IMG/VR virus record: IMGVR_UViG_3300044655_001017 | Source of the DNA: a virus | Lineage: Duplodnaviria > Caudoviricetes | Reading direction: 5' to 3' (one strand) | Length of the DNA: 64,000 bases | Shown here: piece after piece, positions 46,131 to 57,603 of the stretch | How the letters are laid out: each line of letters opens with the position of its first letter | Numbering within the stretch: the first letter of the stretch is position 1 | Notes under the pieces: generated by a model | Seen by the model: the letters and a program-made list of their open reading frames with translations, nothing else | Told to the model about the DNA's origin: nothing | Databases searched by the model: none | Translations under genes and position numbers: made by a program

Positions 46131-47891
46131 ATGGAATCTAAAATGCATTTTACTGATTATTTTAAACGTGGTACACATAACACTTTGCAATTTAACAACT
46201 CGGCTAACCTGTCCTTTAAAGGGCCAGCTACAACAGTGTACGTTGATACCGAAATTGACTCGTGGTATGTTGGTGATTTTTCTAGTGCAAGTTATCACAT
46301 TACTGTAGAATTTGATTCTAACCAAAAAGAAACATTACAAGTTTTAGTTGTTGCTAGACCAGGACACGCAAGTTACACAATATTTGGACGAATTAGTATC
46401 GATGCTGAACTCATTACACTATCGGCTAGTGTAACAAACAGTAAAATGATCCTAACTGCAAACCCAGCAGACCCTGAATTTTCCGGTGCTCGTATAATAT
46501 TTACAGCTACATATTCTGAAACCATTTCACCACTAACATTACCAACTGCAGTATCAACACCATCTAATGGCGAGAATGGCGGCATACCTGTTACTATTCA
46601 ACCGTCGTTTGGTAGCATTTATGTACCAGGTCAAGATAATCTAACTGCTAGTATAGAAACAGATGCACTTACTATAATAAATGGATCAGGAATTGCTATT
46701 ACTACCAACAGTGTTAGCAAATCACTAACAATTAGTTCATCAATTAATTCTTTTAATAACTTTGTAGTTACAGGATACGCTTCGCTATCACCTTCTACAT
46801 CAACTGATACGCTGACATTTACAGCAGGAAATGGTGTTTTAATTAACCCTAATTCTTTATCAAAATCTATAACATTTTCAGCTCCGATCGCTAGCACAAC
46901 TGTGTTAGGCAGTGTAAAAGTAGATGGGTCAACTATTACGATTACCAATGGAGTGATTAGTGCTGCTAGTATTGCAGATAGTTTACCAGTTGCAACTACT
47001 TCTACATTAGGCGGAGTTAAAGTTGACGGATCTACTATTACTATTTCTAGTGACGGTGTTATTAGTTCTGCAGGCGGTTCTGGAACAGGCGGTTCTGGAA
47101 CAGGCGGATTAATTATTACTTCATTAAAAACTGCAGATTACGTTGCAACGCCATCTCAATTAGTTAATGTAGATACAACCGGCGGAAGTATTAGCGTAAC
47201 ATTACCAAGCTTGCCAACTAATGGTACAGTAGTCGGCATTATCGATTCACTAGGAAAATTTCATATTAATCCAGTGACTGTGTATCCAGGTGTAGGATCA
47301 ACTATTGAGACTGACATTTCACTATTGTTAGACGTTATTAACACTTATGTTACATTCATATACGTAGCTGCTACTACTAATTGGAGAATACAAAGCACTC
47401 CATCTGTTACAGTAAATGGAACTAACTATCAATCACTTATCGGTACTATTAATGGAATAGCTAAAGGTAACGGTGCAAATGCATTAACTGCCGCTACTCC
47501 TGGAATAGATTATGTTTCACCTGGCACATCGACTTTATTTACGAAACCACAACGACCTAGTTTATCAGATGAAATTGCTCCTGCAACAGGGTCGGTTATT
47601 TGGGATTTAACATCACACCAAATTTTTAGAATCGTACTAAGTTCTAATATTACTACATTTAACTTAACTGGAACTTTAGCGTCGTTAGTTGGATATCAAT
47701 ATGAACTGATTATACGATACACTGGCGGTAGTACAATATCATGGAATACTAATTTTAAATGGACTGCTGCAACTGCTCCGACATTAACAGGTACATCAGG
47801 TAAAACTGATATATTAACTTTTGTTGTATCATCAACAGACGGTGTTAACTTTTATCTAGTTAATACTGGTATTAAAATGAATGTGGGGTAA
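46131..47891 (+). CDS. modular tail fiber protein (likely start 46143)
   Basis: LG(S/G)VKVDGSTITI repeats, 'VDTTGGSISVTLP' domain, KGNGANALTAA motif and a C-terminal 'WDL...IF.IVL..NIT.FN...GKTDILTF' domain. Confidence 0.85.
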   Translation: MESKMHFTDYFKRGTHNTLQFNNSANLSFKGPATTVYVDTEIDSWYVGDFSSASYHITVEFDSNQKETLQVLVVARPGHASYTIFGRISIDAELITLSASVTNSKMILTANPADPEFSGARIIFTATYSETISPLTLPTAVSTPSNGENGGIPVTIQPSFGSIYVPGQDNLTASIETDALTIINGSGIAITTNSVSKSLTISSSINSFNNFVVTGYASLSPSTSTDTLTFTAGNGVLINPNSLSKSITFSAPIASTTVLGSVKVDGSTITITNGVISAASIADSLPVATTSTLGGVKVDGSTITISSDGVISSAGGSGTGGSGTGGLIITSLKTADYVATPSQLVNVDTTGGSISVTLPSLPTNGTVVGIIDSLGKFHINPVTVYPGVGSTIETDISLLLDVINTYVTFIYVAATTNWRIQSTPSVTVNGTNYQSLIGTINGIAKGNGANALTAATPGIDYVSPGTSTLFTKPQRPSLSDEIAPATGSVIWDLTSHQIFRIVLSSNITTFNLTGTLASLVGYQYELIIRYTGGSTISWNTNFKWTAATAPTLTGTSGKTDILTFVVSSTDGVNFYLVNTGIKMNVG

Positions 47892-47894
47892 TAC

Positions 47895-50570
47895 ATGTTT
47901 CCAATAGCTTCAAATTCAGAGTCTAGTTCAGAGTCTGATAGTACACTATATGTCGATGATGTCTTCAGTACACATTTGTATACAGGTACCGGAACAACAC
48001 AAAATATTAACAACGGCATTGATTTAGCTAGTAAAGGAGGAATGGTTTGGATTAAAGATAGGTCTAGATCAGGAAAAGGTCACGTACTTTTTGATACCAA
48101 TGTATATAATTCCACTGTTGGTCGCTATTTTTTAACGCCTTCGGGAACTGATAGTGGGTTAATTGCAAGTACAGCCGGGGCAACCGACGGAGTACTAAGT
48201 ACAGGAATTAATTACACGTCTTCTGGGTTTACGTTAGGCACAGATACTGCATATTCAGTTAATAACTATTACACAGCTGATAACTATGTTTCATGGACAT
48301 TCCGCAAAGCCGCGAAGTTTTTTGATGTGGTTACTTGGACTAGTACTAATTCATCCACACAAAGAACTATATCTCATAATCTGGGAATTACTCCTGGAAT
48401 GGTAATTATAAAATCTATCAATACTAATACTAATTCTTATAATGAATGGTATGTTGCTCATAGGTATAATTTAACTGCTCAAGGTTACTTAAATCAAAGT
48501 TATGCTTTTGCTGCGGGCGTTCCTATCATTACAGCATGGACTGACACGACTGTTACATTTGCTGCTAATTTCAATGAGGGGTCTGGTAACAGTTATATTG
48601 TTTACCTATACGCTCACGACACGTCATCAACTGGGATTATTCAGTGTGGGTCGTTTACGACAAACAGTTCAACAGATTCATTTGTATCCTTAGGTTGGGA
48701 ACCGCAATATGTGTTAGTTAAAAATACAGCGGTTGGCGGGTGGATTTTGTGCGACTCAATGCGAGGTATGCCTGTAGGGTCGGCAGATGCTTATTTGATG
48801 CCAAATTCAGCCAATGCTGAATCTACGAGTAACGATTATATAAACCCTTCGGCAACAGGTTTTTACCCAACATGGTTTAATTTAAATACAACAAGCACTT
48901 ACATCTACATGGCAATCCGTCGTCCAAATAAACCTCCTACAACGAGTACGCAGGTGTTTAAGCCTTATACATATACAGAAACCATTAGTGGTGAACAAAA
49001 TGTAGGGTTTACACCTGATATGGGTATTCAAATTAGGAGGTCAGGAGAAACTCACATATTATGGGATAGATTGCGTGGAAATACTGCCACACTAAGTACA
49101 GACAACACTGCTGCTGAAAATGGAGTGTATAGTGGTGTTGCTTATCCATTTGGCGGATTTACAAACAATGGGTTTATTTCGGGTTTTCTTTTTAATAATA
49201 CCGCAGGTGCATTATCTGAATTACTTTGTTTCAAACGCGCTCCTGGATTCTTTGATGTGGTTTGTTATAAGGGGACTAGCACTAATACAACACAAGCGCA
49301 TAATTTGACCGTTGTACCAGAGTTGATGATTGTTAAATGCAGAAACAATGGTAACACTTTATGGAGTGTTTATAATAGTACATTAGGAGCAACCAAGGCG
49401 TTAGACTTAAGCTCAACAGCCATTCCGGTTACAAGTTCAGCATATTGGAACAATACAACCCCCACTGCATCTATTTTCACTCTTGGAACCATCTCGTATG
49501 TTAACGAATCCCCTTTCAATTACGTTGCCTACCTATTTGCCACACTAGCTGGAATCAGCAAAGTTGGTTCTTATACAGGTAATGGTTCTAGTCAGAATAT
49601 TAACTGCGGGTTTTCTTCAAAGTATTCCGCATTTGTTTTAATTAAACGTACAGACAGCACAGGTGATTGGTATGTATGGGATACTGCTAGGGGTATTACA
49701 ACAACTAATGAGCCGCATTTATCGCTTAATACCACTGCTGCAGATGTAACAACCGATAATTCTGTAGATTTAGCAACCGGAGGTTTTACTGTTATTCAAA
49801 ATTCTGCTACTAATATCAATGTATCTAATGCAACGTATATATATCTAAGTATTGCAAGCGGTATATCATTATCAGAAGCAGTATTTACTACACCCGGAGC
49901 AACTAATTGGACTTGTCCTGCAGGAGTAACATTAGTATGTGTAGTATGCGTCGGAGGCGGTTCTACTAGTTCTTGGAATAGCGGCTACGGATATGCATCG
50001 GGCGGTGGCGGGCTCGGATGGAAAAATAATATCGCAGTTACTCCTGGACAAGTTTATAGTGTTGTAGTTGGTTCCGGAAGTGGGGATAGATCTGTTGCAG
50101 CATCTGCAGGTAACTCGTATTTTATAAATTTAGCAACAGTTGCCGGCCTTGGCGGAAGTAGTGGAGAAAGTGGAAGTAACGGCAACGGTGGTGGATTTGT
50201 CGGTGATGGCGGCGGTAATGGCGGGCACGGCGGGTCTCAGGTTCCAAATGAATGGGCAGGAGGTGGCGGAGCTGGTGGTTATTCCGGTACTGGCGGAACT
50301 GGAGGAAACGGAGGCGGATCCGGAACTGCCGGCTCGGGCGGAGCAGGCGGCGGTGGTTCCGGAGGATTTCAGGGAGGAGGAGGAGTTGGGTTATACGGTC
50401 AAGGCACTAACGGAGCAGGTGGTGGCGGTGGTGGTTCAAACGGTATTTCTGCATCCTCAACTACTGGCGGATTATACGGTGGTGGCGGTGCAGTCAGTGG
50501 CGCAGGCGGCGGCGGTGCTGTTAGAATTATCTGGGGGACTGGCAGGTCGTTCCCATCAAATGCAGCATAA
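47895..50570 (+). CDS. tail fiber protein with two 'FSTHLYTG/FFDVV.Y.G' repeats and Gly-rich tip 2
   Basis: Duplicated '..GM..IK.R......W...' fiber domains; the C-terminal TPGATNWTCPAGVT...GGAVRIIWG domain is paralogous to 43705. Confidence 0.85.
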   Translation: MFPIASNSESSSESDSTLYVDDVFSTHLYTGTGTTQNINNGIDLASKGGMVWIKDRSRSGKGHVLFDTNVYNSTVGRYFLTPSGTDSGLIASTAGATDGVLSTGINYTSSGFTLGTDTAYSVNNYYTADNYVSWTFRKAAKFFDVVTWTSTNSSTQRTISHNLGITPGMVIIKSINTNTNSYNEWYVAHRYNLTAQGYLNQSYAFAAGVPIITAWTDTTVTFAANFNEGSGNSYIVYLYAHDTSSTGIIQCGSFTTNSSTDSFVSLGWEPQYVLVKNTAVGGWILCDSMRGMPVGSADAYLMPNSANAESTSNDYINPSATGFYPTWFNLNTTSTYIYMAIRRPNKPPTTSTQVFKPYTYTETISGEQNVGFTPDMGIQIRRSGETHILWDRLRGNTATLSTDNTAAENGVYSGVAYPFGGFTNNGFISGFLFNNTAGALSELLCFKRAPGFFDVVCYKGTSTNTTQAHNLTVVPELMIVKCRNNGNTLWSVYNSTLGATKALDLSSTAIPVTSSAYWNNTTPTASIFTLGTISYVNESPFNYVAYLFATLAGISKVGSYTGNGSSQNINCGFSSKYSAFVLIKRTDSTGDWYVWDTARGITTTNEPHLSLNTTAADVTTDNSVDLATGGFTVIQNSATNINVSNATYIYLSIASGISLSEAVFTTPGATNWTCPAGVTLVCVVCVGGGSTSSWNSGYGYASGGGGLGWKNNIAVTPGQVYSVVVGSGSGDRSVAASAGNSYFINLATVAGLGGSSGESGSNGNGGGFVGDGGGNGGHGGSQVPNEWAGGGGAGGYSGTGGTGGNGGGSGTAGSGGAGGGGSGGFQGGGGVGLYGQGTNGAGGGGGGSNGISASSTTGGLYGGGGAVSGAGGGGAVRIIWGTGRSFPSNAA

Positions 50571-50593
50571 AATAAAGATAAAGGAAATAACCA

Positions 50594-51268
50594 ATGACAA
50601 TATTCCGTAGAATGACAGACGGTGCTTATCCAATAGGAGAGCAATTTATACGTAATGAAACCCCAAATACATCATTTCCGATCAACATTCCGATTGATGT
50701 ATTTTTAGACTTAGGATACGAACCGGTATTTGAAGTACCTAAACCTGAAGTAAAACAGTGGCAAATGGCTGTCGAACTTGCTCCAGTAAAAGATTCTAAA
50801 GATAAATGGATAATGGCATGGGACGTAGTTGATATGCCATTTAATGAAATTACAGATGAAAATGGAGATATACTTAAATCTAGTGATCAAGTTAGATCAG
50901 AGTATGTCGAGTATCTTAAAACTAATTTAAAAACACAAGTAACTAATATTAGATATAGCAAAGAAACTAACGGAATTACTTTAGACGATCATAATATTAA
51001 GACAGATCGTGAAAGCCAGACTATGTTGAATAACGCGTATGCTGCATTAAAATCTGAATTAATTACATCTACCGATTGGAAAATAACTGCAGATAATTGG
51101 ATTACTGTTACGTTAACAGAATTAGAACCGATTGCAAAAGCAGTTGCAGTTCATGTGTCAGCTTGTTTTAATGTAGAAAAAACACACCTAGAAGCGATTG
51201 CAGAGTTATCTACTTTTGAAGAAATAGATAAGTATAACATTAACGCTAATTGGCCACAAGGAATATAA
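50594..51268 (+). CDS. putative tail fiber assembly protein (DUF4376-like C-terminus)
   Basis: 'RY.KETNGITLD...IKTDRESQ......Y.......DWK.....W......L.PIA.AV..HV.ACF..E' pattern; follows the fiber gene. Confidence 0.72.
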   Translation: MTIFRRMTDGAYPIGEQFIRNETPNTSFPINIPIDVFLDLGYEPVFEVPKPEVKQWQMAVELAPVKDSKDKWIMAWDVVDMPFNEITDENGDILKSSDQVRSEYVEYLKTNLKTQVTNIRYSKETNGITLDDHNIKTDRESQTMLNNAYAALKSELITSTDWKITADNWITVTLTELEPIAKAVAVHVSACFNVEKTHLEAIAELSTFEEIDKYNINANWPQGI

Positions 51269-51904
51269 ATGTCAATAAGTCAAAAACCTTTACGATCTGA
51301 AGCAGGATTTTCTAGTCCGGGATTTAATGTTGATACATCTGGTAATGTTAATATTACTGGATTGTTTAAAATAAACAATGTGTCAATTGCCGGCGGCATA
51401 TCGCTACCCAGTACAACTATTTTTAGTAGTTTAACTAGCGTAGGTACACTTACAAATCTCACAGTTAGTGGAAATACTACTATATCAAATGGTACTGTTA
51501 CGATTTCGTCAACAGGTACAATTACACTAACTTCTAGTGTAACTGGATCAATGAATAATGTTGCAATTGGAAATATATCACCATCTACTGGTGGGTTTAC
51601 TACATTAACAGCAAGTACGATAACAAATACAGGTGGATTAACTATCAGTCCTAATGCGTTAACTATCAGTCCTAATGCGTTAACTATCAGTCCTATAGCT
51701 AGCGGTACTATAAATAACGTAAATATAGGTAATACAGATCCAGGAACAGGTAAGTTTACTACGCTTACTGTTACTTCTATCCCAACAAATAACACAGATG
51801 CTACAACAAAATTATACGTAGATAACTCAGTTAACACGTTAGAAACTACTATAAAATCGTATGTAGACACCAAATCAATTGCATTAGCAGTTGCGCTTGG
51901 ATAA
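51269..51904 (+). CDS. short fiber/collar-like structural protein
   Basis: 'SSLTSVGTLTNLTVSG' and 'DATTKLYVD' fiber motifs; ends 'SIALAVALG'. Confidence 0.8.
   Translation: MSISQKPLRSEAGFSSPGFNVDTSGNVNITGLFKINNVSIAGGISLPSTTIFSSLTSVGTLTNLTVSGNTTISNGTVTISSTGTITLTSSVTGSMNNVAIGNISPSTGGFTTLTASTITNTGGLTISPNALTISPNALTISPIASGTINNVNIGNTDPGTGKFTTLTVTSIPTNNTDATTKLYVDNSVNTLETTIKSYVDTKSIALAVALG
51638..51695 (+). repeat. 21-bp tandem repeat x2.7 (LTISPNA)
   Basis: ttaactatcagtcctaatgcg twice, then ttaactatcagtccta. Confidence 0.9.
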
Positions 51905-51918
51905 TAATGGAGAAATAA

Positions 51919-54900
51919 ATGGCAAAACAAAAAATACAGGATTACGTGTTTTTACCGGGAGTATCTAGTAATAGTAATGCTTACCCAAATGCGTATTCTT
52001 TAATAAAATCAAATAGATCTTTTATATTAAAAGAAACAGTAGCATATATTAATGCTCAAATAGCAATCGATACGGCATCGAATTTATATCCAAATGCAGT
52101 AACCTTATTAACTAACAATAAACAATTTATAATTGATGAAATTGTCGCATGGATTACAAATCGTGTAACTAACAGCATCGCGCCATTTGCAGGTTATACA
52201 GTTAGTCAACCAACCTGGCGTCAAAATATTGGTTTAGTAATTGATGCATTAATATACGATATTAGATACGGTGGCAATAAAAAAACAATTGATGTCTCTA
52301 AAACGTTTTGGACGGGCGGTACTGCTCAATTACTTTCTCCTACTCAAGAAATTGCAGGATTTAATCAAATCTTTTCATTAATTATTAATAATATTTTACC
52401 TAAAGTAGCATACTCTAGTCAACAAAGTCCTGTTACCTCAACACAAAATACAACAGGAAGTGCAGGTGAATCTGCAGTTCCTACTATTATAACTAATTTA
52501 CAAGCAATTATTATTAATGTAATTCCAAATGGATTATCAGTATTGCCTGCAGTAACATATTCGACAACAGTTTATGCAGGATACATATACGACTATACAC
52601 GATGTGATCGTGATATCGGTATGGTAGTAGATGCATATTTACATGATTTGAGATATGGCGGAAATGCTAAGACACGGTATGTATCTTCAAGATTTTGGAA
52701 TGGTTCAGTTCCGCAAATCGTAGGTGACAGACGTCCTGAGATTACTGCTCAACAATTTGTTATAACATTAATTACAACTAAATTGTTACCACAAGCACCT
52801 TATACACCGTTACAAACTACTGTTTCTAGATATACTAACAATGCAATTGCATACGAATCAGTTAGTGTCACTAGAATAAATTCATTATCTTCTAGTTTTA
52901 TAAGTGTATTAACTAACGGTTTAGGAAGTTTACCAACACTAGTCAACGGTGTAACTACTATTAAACTACAAGGCAGACATAAATTAGAAACATTATTGAT
53001 GATTACTAATACTACTAGTAACCAAATTTTGTATAATTTTGTAGATCCGACACTTGGCGGTGCAGTTACTATTGATACAGGATATGTTAGTAACGATTAT
53101 TATCAAGATGACGATTTCCAATCATATAGAAACATAACCGATTATACTACTACATTAATACTCGAAGCTGATACATCAACTGCATCAATAGCTGATGATA
53201 TTCAAATATTTGTTGAAGCAAAAGAACAACGCACTCGCCCATATGATTTTGGTACAGATGCTATTGAAAGACATCGTGTTGCTCAACCACAATCAATGCT
53301 TGACGCTGACTTTGAGTACGGATTACAGCCAACAAAGTGGCAATCTTTTGGTTTATCTAGAGGATATCCGTCAGTATTTGAAGTTCCGGGTACAGATACC
53401 CCAGTAGTTACTGTAGTAACTGATGCAAGTACTGGTACTGGCGGAACAGGACAATCATTAATTACAGTTACAACTACTGCTCCTCATGGGTTTACAGTAA
53501 GTACGCCGATTACTATTAAAGCATTAGCAAACAGTATTTCTGGATTTTCAAGAGCAGAAGGTACATTTTTAATTAGTTCAGTTCCGACTACGACAACATT
53601 TACATATTATGCAGTATCAAAAGTAGGTGCAAATAACGGTGATGTGTTAGCTACTTCATATACACAACTAAGAAGAGGAAGTTTCTATACTGGAGCATCA
53701 ATCGGATCTCCGTCTTTTTCAGTACTAAGTAACGGATCCATTACAACATTTACATCTTTTTTAACTACAACAGCTGGAACTAATCAAATTACGTATACCG
53801 GAACTACTCCTAGTATCGGAGCTCCTTTATCCGGAACAGGTATGCGATCTGGTACGCAGGTAACTAGTGTAATCGGAACAGTTAATGTTGTTTCGACTAT
53901 TCAAACCAACGTTAACATTAATGACACAGAAATTAACGTAGTAGATGCATCTGGTATTTTAGAAGGAATGGCAATTGATAATGGGTCAGGTACTGCAATT
54001 TTTGTAAGCAGCGTAACCGGAACTACTGTTAATTTAAACCAACCGGTTACTACGTTTAGATTAGGAAATACTACAACTTATACAAATGTATCAGGCACCA
54101 ACATAACATTTACTGGAACAAATGCATCATTTAATGTTAGCCGAGTAGATGGTGAATATGTAGTCACTATTGCAAATGGCGGGTCAGGATATCAATCTGG
54201 AAATCGTGTTAAAGTATTAGGAACAGATTTAGGAGGAATTTCACCAATTAACGATTTAATAATAACTGCAGATATTACTAGTAACGGTGAAATTCAATCG
54301 ATTACTACTGCAGGAACAAGTGTAACTGGTGATACTTCTTATATTTTAGAAGCATCGTTTAGCAATACTCTAACAGGTGTTGATGCAGAATTTGGAATAA
54401 CATGTTCAAATTCCGGCTATACACTTAACATTGTTAATTACGGTTCGCTTTATCAGCCAGGTGAAACATTAACCTTTTTAGGTTCGTCGTTAGGCGGCAC
54501 GTCTCCAGAAAATGATCTAGTAGTAACAGTTGAAACAATTAATCCTAATAACAATGAGATTTCTACATACTCATTTGTTGGAACTCCCAGATCTAGTGAT
54601 ACGTCATTTGGTACTCAAAATAGCGTAGTAATTGACCCAATTGGCGCAAATGGAACATTTAACATCGTAAGGTCTAATTCTGCATATACTGTTACAGTTA
54701 ATGGCGGCGGAACTAATTATTATAAAGGTGATCAAATTTTAATATCAGGAACTAGCATGGGCGGAATTAGCCCAGACAACGATGCAGTATTGATAATATC
54801 AGATGTTAGCTCAAATGTTATTACCGATGCAACGATTACTGGTACCGGAGCCGCAGGCACAGCAATAACATTCTATCCAGCATTAGGGATCAGTGAACTT

Positions 54901-57567
54901 ACAACTGTTAATATACCTGGTGGTACTACTATTACTGCAGCACCGATTGCAACAATTTTAGTTACTTTTTTATCAAATCACGGATTAATACCAGGAGCCG
55001 GTGTTTCGATTGACATTACTAGTAACGGCACCAACCATGCATTAGCTAGAGGACCTTTTTACGTTGAAAAAGTTCCATCGTTAACTACCTTTGTATATAC
55101 TACTCGAGCAGCAGGAACTGTTGATATAGCAACAACCATGACAGGCGCAGTATATACTCGATCTGACAGTTTCTTTGTTCACAGACCATATGACGGCGGT
55201 GTTATGTTAGGATCAGGTGGTCCTCAGCATAGTGCGCAAGCTGTTCGTATGAGTAAAAAATATATTAGATATCAGTCAGGTAAAGGCATTAACTATTGTA
55301 CAGGTGCGTTATTTGCTCCAAGTTTTAATATACAGAGCATAGTTGCTGCTAATGTAACTATTGGATCATATATTACAATTACAATGGATGATGTTGACCA
55401 TGGATGTCAACCAGGAGGGATAATTAGAATATCAAATGTTGATACTATTGGGTTTAATGGAACTTATACTGTATCTGATGTTATATCAGAACGTGTACTA
55501 AGGGTTCAAGCTCAAACTGTGTTAACAGCAACTACTGCAGTTATTACAACTTCTGCAATTTTATCTCTTGTAAAATGGCACGGCTCAACTGTACGAGCAG
55601 GTACGTTTGATGATCAAAATGGTATTTTCTTTCAATACAATGGCCAAGAATTTGCAGTTGGCCGTAGAACTGCAACGCTTCAATTAGCAGGAGTGGCTAA
55701 TGTTACGAGAGATACTAACTTAGTAACTGGCACAAACACTAGATTTAGAGATCAAATTAAAGCAGGTGATCGAATTGTAATTAAAGGAATGACACACGTA
55801 GTAACAAGTGTAACTAGCCAAACTCGAATGACAATTAACCCGGACTATCGCGGAGCAACAAATGCAGTGCAAGCTAAAGTATGTTTAGTGCAAGATGTTA
55901 TTATACCACAAAAATATTTTAACATTGATAAATTAGACGGAACTGGGCCAAGTGGTTTTAATATTGATCTTACAAAAATGCAAATGGTCGGAATGCAATG
56001 GTCATGGTATGCAGTAGGATTTATTGATTTTATGCTACGAGGAAGTGACGGTAATTTTGTATTCTTCCATAGAATTCGTAATTCAAATGTTAATACCGAA
56101 GCATATATGCGTACTGGTAACCAAGCCGTTCGGTATGAAGTTATTAATGAGAGTGGACAAAACAAATTAGCAAATTCGATTACTGCGTCGCAAACTACTA
56201 TTCCTCTAGTTGATGCATCATCATTTCCAGATGAAGCAGGTACAGTATACATCGATAACGAATTAATCGAATTTAGTGGTAAATCTGGAAATAATTTAAT
56301 AGGGTGTACAAGAGCTGCTCCACAAATATTATTTACAGGTGGCTCACGCCGCACATTTACAGCTGGCGTTGCTAGTACACATGAATTTAATACAGGAGTA
56401 ATACTAGTTAGTAATACAGTTAGTCCAATTATTAGCCATTGGGGTTCTGCGATGATAACTGATGGTAATTTTGATACTGATAGAGGATACTTATTTAACT
56501 ATGCGTCTACTGGTATTAGCGTTTCGACTACAAAAGTTACTGCGTTCTTAATTCGATTAGCACCAAGTGTATCAAATGCTATTGTAGGAGATTTAGGAGA
56601 CCGTGAATTATTAAATCGTGCGCAACTGTTATTACAATCAATTGCAGTAACATCAGATACAAGTACCGGTGGTATCGTTGTTGAGGGAGTATTAAATCCA
56701 CAAAATTACCCAACTGATCCTGCAAACATTGCATGGGGCGGGTTATCTGGATTGTCACAGGGTGGCCAACCTAGTTTTGCACAAATTGCACCAGGCGGAT
56801 CTGCTAACTGGTCAACTGGGGCTACACAGACTACTTCAACTGCAGCTACTTCTGCACAATTAACTGCATCTGTTACTACAGTATTTAGTGTTAGCAATAA
56901 CACAAGCTTTGTATATGTTGATGCAACATCGTGGACAACATCAGGTGGTGTAGTTGGATCAGGTATATCAGAACCAGGTAATAAAATACCGGCAGGTGCT
57001 ACAATTACAAGTGCAGTTAGCGGAGGATCGTATTATGTGTTATACTTGTCTCAAAATACTACAGGTAACATCGCTAGCGGAGTTGTTTGCTCACTAACGT
57101 TAGGCGGAACATTAACTAGAACTAATTTTCTGTACTTTACAAAAGCAGTATGGGAAGGGGTAGGTGCAAGTGTTGGTCAATCACTTGCACCTACTGAAAC
57201 AACCTTTCCGGCCGGAACGCGTGTTCAGACAATTAGTAATTCGTTAACATTTGGTAGTACACAATATTATCGTATTAACTTTACACAAAATTCAAATACA
57301 AGTATTGCAGCTGCTACAACAATTGCGTTTTCTTTTGGACAACCTCCGTACGCGTTACCAGGAGAAACTGTATTTTCGTTCATTAGTGCTCCAGGATCTA
57401 CTTCTGTACTTGATTTAACTGATTTGAAAGAATTAACTAATACTACACTAGGCGGACGAGGAACATATCCAAATGGGCCTGACGTGTTAGCAATTAACGT
57501 GTACAAGGTATCCGGTACTGCAACTCCTGCTAGTATTGTATTAAGATGGGGTGAAGCGCAGGCTTAA
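51919..57567 (+). CDS. giant virion structural protein (1882 aa)
   Basis: 'PQSMLDADFEYGLQPTKW', 'SKKYIRYQSGKG', 'RAGTFDDQNGIFF', 'YMRTGN..VRYE', 'SHWGSA.I.DG.FD.DR' and C-terminal 'RWGEAQA', as in T4-like cyanophage-type structural proteins. Confidence 0.87.
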   Translation: MAKQKIQDYVFLPGVSSNSNAYPNAYSLIKSNRSFILKETVAYINAQIAIDTASNLYPNAVTLLTNNKQFIIDEIVAWITNRVTNSIAPFAGYTVSQPTWRQNIGLVIDALIYDIRYGGNKKTIDVSKTFWTGGTAQLLSPTQEIAGFNQIFSLIINNILPKVAYSSQQSPVTSTQNTTGSAGESAVPTIITNLQAIIINVIPNGLSVLPAVTYSTTVYAGYIYDYTRCDRDIGMVVDAYLHDLRYGGNAKTRYVSSRFWNGSVPQIVGDRRPEITAQQFVITLITTKLLPQAPYTPLQTTVSRYTNNAIAYESVSVTRINSLSSSFISVLTNGLGSLPTLVNGVTTIKLQGRHKLETLLMITNTTSNQILYNFVDPTLGGAVTIDTGYVSNDYYQDDDFQSYRNITDYTTTLILEADTSTASIADDIQIFVEAKEQRTRPYDFGTDAIERHRVAQPQSMLDADFEYGLQPTKWQSFGLSRGYPSVFEVPGTDTPVVTVVTDASTGTGGTGQSLITVTTTAPHGFTVSTPITIKALANSISGFSRAEGTFLISSVPTTTTFTYYAVSKVGANNGDVLATSYTQLRRGSFYTGASIGSPSFSVLSNGSITTFTSFLTTTAGTNQITYTGTTPSIGAPLSGTGMRSGTQVTSVIGTVNVVSTIQTNVNINDTEINVVDASGILEGMAIDNGSGTAIFVSSVTGTTVNLNQPVTTFRLGNTTTYTNVSGTNITFTGTNASFNVSRVDGEYVVTIANGGSGYQSGNRVKVLGTDLGGISPINDLIITADITSNGEIQSITTAGTSVTGDTSYILEASFSNTLTGVDAEFGITCSNSGYTLNIVNYGSLYQPGETLTFLGSSLGGTSPENDLVVTVETINPNNNEISTYSFVGTPRSSDTSFGTQNSVVIDPIGANGTFNIVRSNSAYTVTVNGGGTNYYKGDQILISGTSMGGISPDNDAVLIISDVSSNVITDATITGTGAAGTAITFYPALGISELTTVNIPGGTTITAAPIATILVTFLSNHGLIPGAGVSIDITSNGTNHALARGPFYVEKVPSLTTFVYTTRAAGTVDIATTMTGAVYTRSDSFFVHRPYDGGVMLGSGGPQHSAQAVRMSKKYIRYQSGKGINYCTGALFAPSFNIQSIVAANVTIGSYITITMDDVDHGCQPGGIIRISNVDTIGFNGTYTVSDVISERVLRVQAQTVLTATTAVITTSAILSLVKWHGSTVRAGTFDDQNGIFFQYNGQEFAVGRRTATLQLAGVANVTRDTNLVTGTNTRFRDQIKAGDRIVIKGMTHVVTSVTSQTRMTINPDYRGATNAVQAKVCLVQDVIIPQKYFNIDKLDGTGPSGFNIDLTKMQMVGMQWSWYAVGFIDFMLRGSDGNFVFFHRIRNSNVNTEAYMRTGNQAVRYEVINESGQNKLANSITASQTTIPLVDASSFPDEAGTVYIDNELIEFSGKSGNNLIGCTRAAPQILFTGGSRRTFTAGVASTHEFNTGVILVSNTVSPIISHWGSAMITDGNFDTDRGYLFNYASTGISVSTTKVTAFLIRLAPSVSNAIVGDLGDRELLNRAQLLLQSIAVTSDTSTGGIVVEGVLNPQNYPTDPANIAWGGLSGLSQGGQPSFAQIAPGGSANWSTGATQTTSTAATSAQLTASVTTVFSVSNNTSFVYVDATSWTTSGGVVGSGISEPGNKIPAGATITSAVSGGSYYVLYLSQNTTGNIASGVVCSLTLGGTLTRTNFLYFTKAVWEGVGASVGQSLAPTETTFPAGTRVQTISNSLTFGSTQYYRINFTQNSNTSIAAATTIAFSFGQPPYALPGETVFSFISAPGSTSVLDLTDLKELTNTTLGGRGTYPNGPDVLAINVYKVSGTATPASIVLRWGEAQA

Positions 57568-57568
57568 C

Positions 57569-57576
57569 TATAAATA
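57569..57576 (+). promoter_or_regulatory. T4-late-like promoter TATAAATA
   Basis: Exact consensus upstream of the 57604 gene. Confidence 0.65.
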
Positions 57577-57603
57577 CTTATAGTTAATCAAAACAAGGAA
57601 CAA

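Noticed and set aside
43705-50570. Possible DGR template/variable repeat pair between the Gly-rich tips of 43705 and 47895
   Set aside because: Differences occur at all bases, many at synonymous positions, rather than adenine-specific. Both copies are coding and there is no reverse transcriptase in the window.
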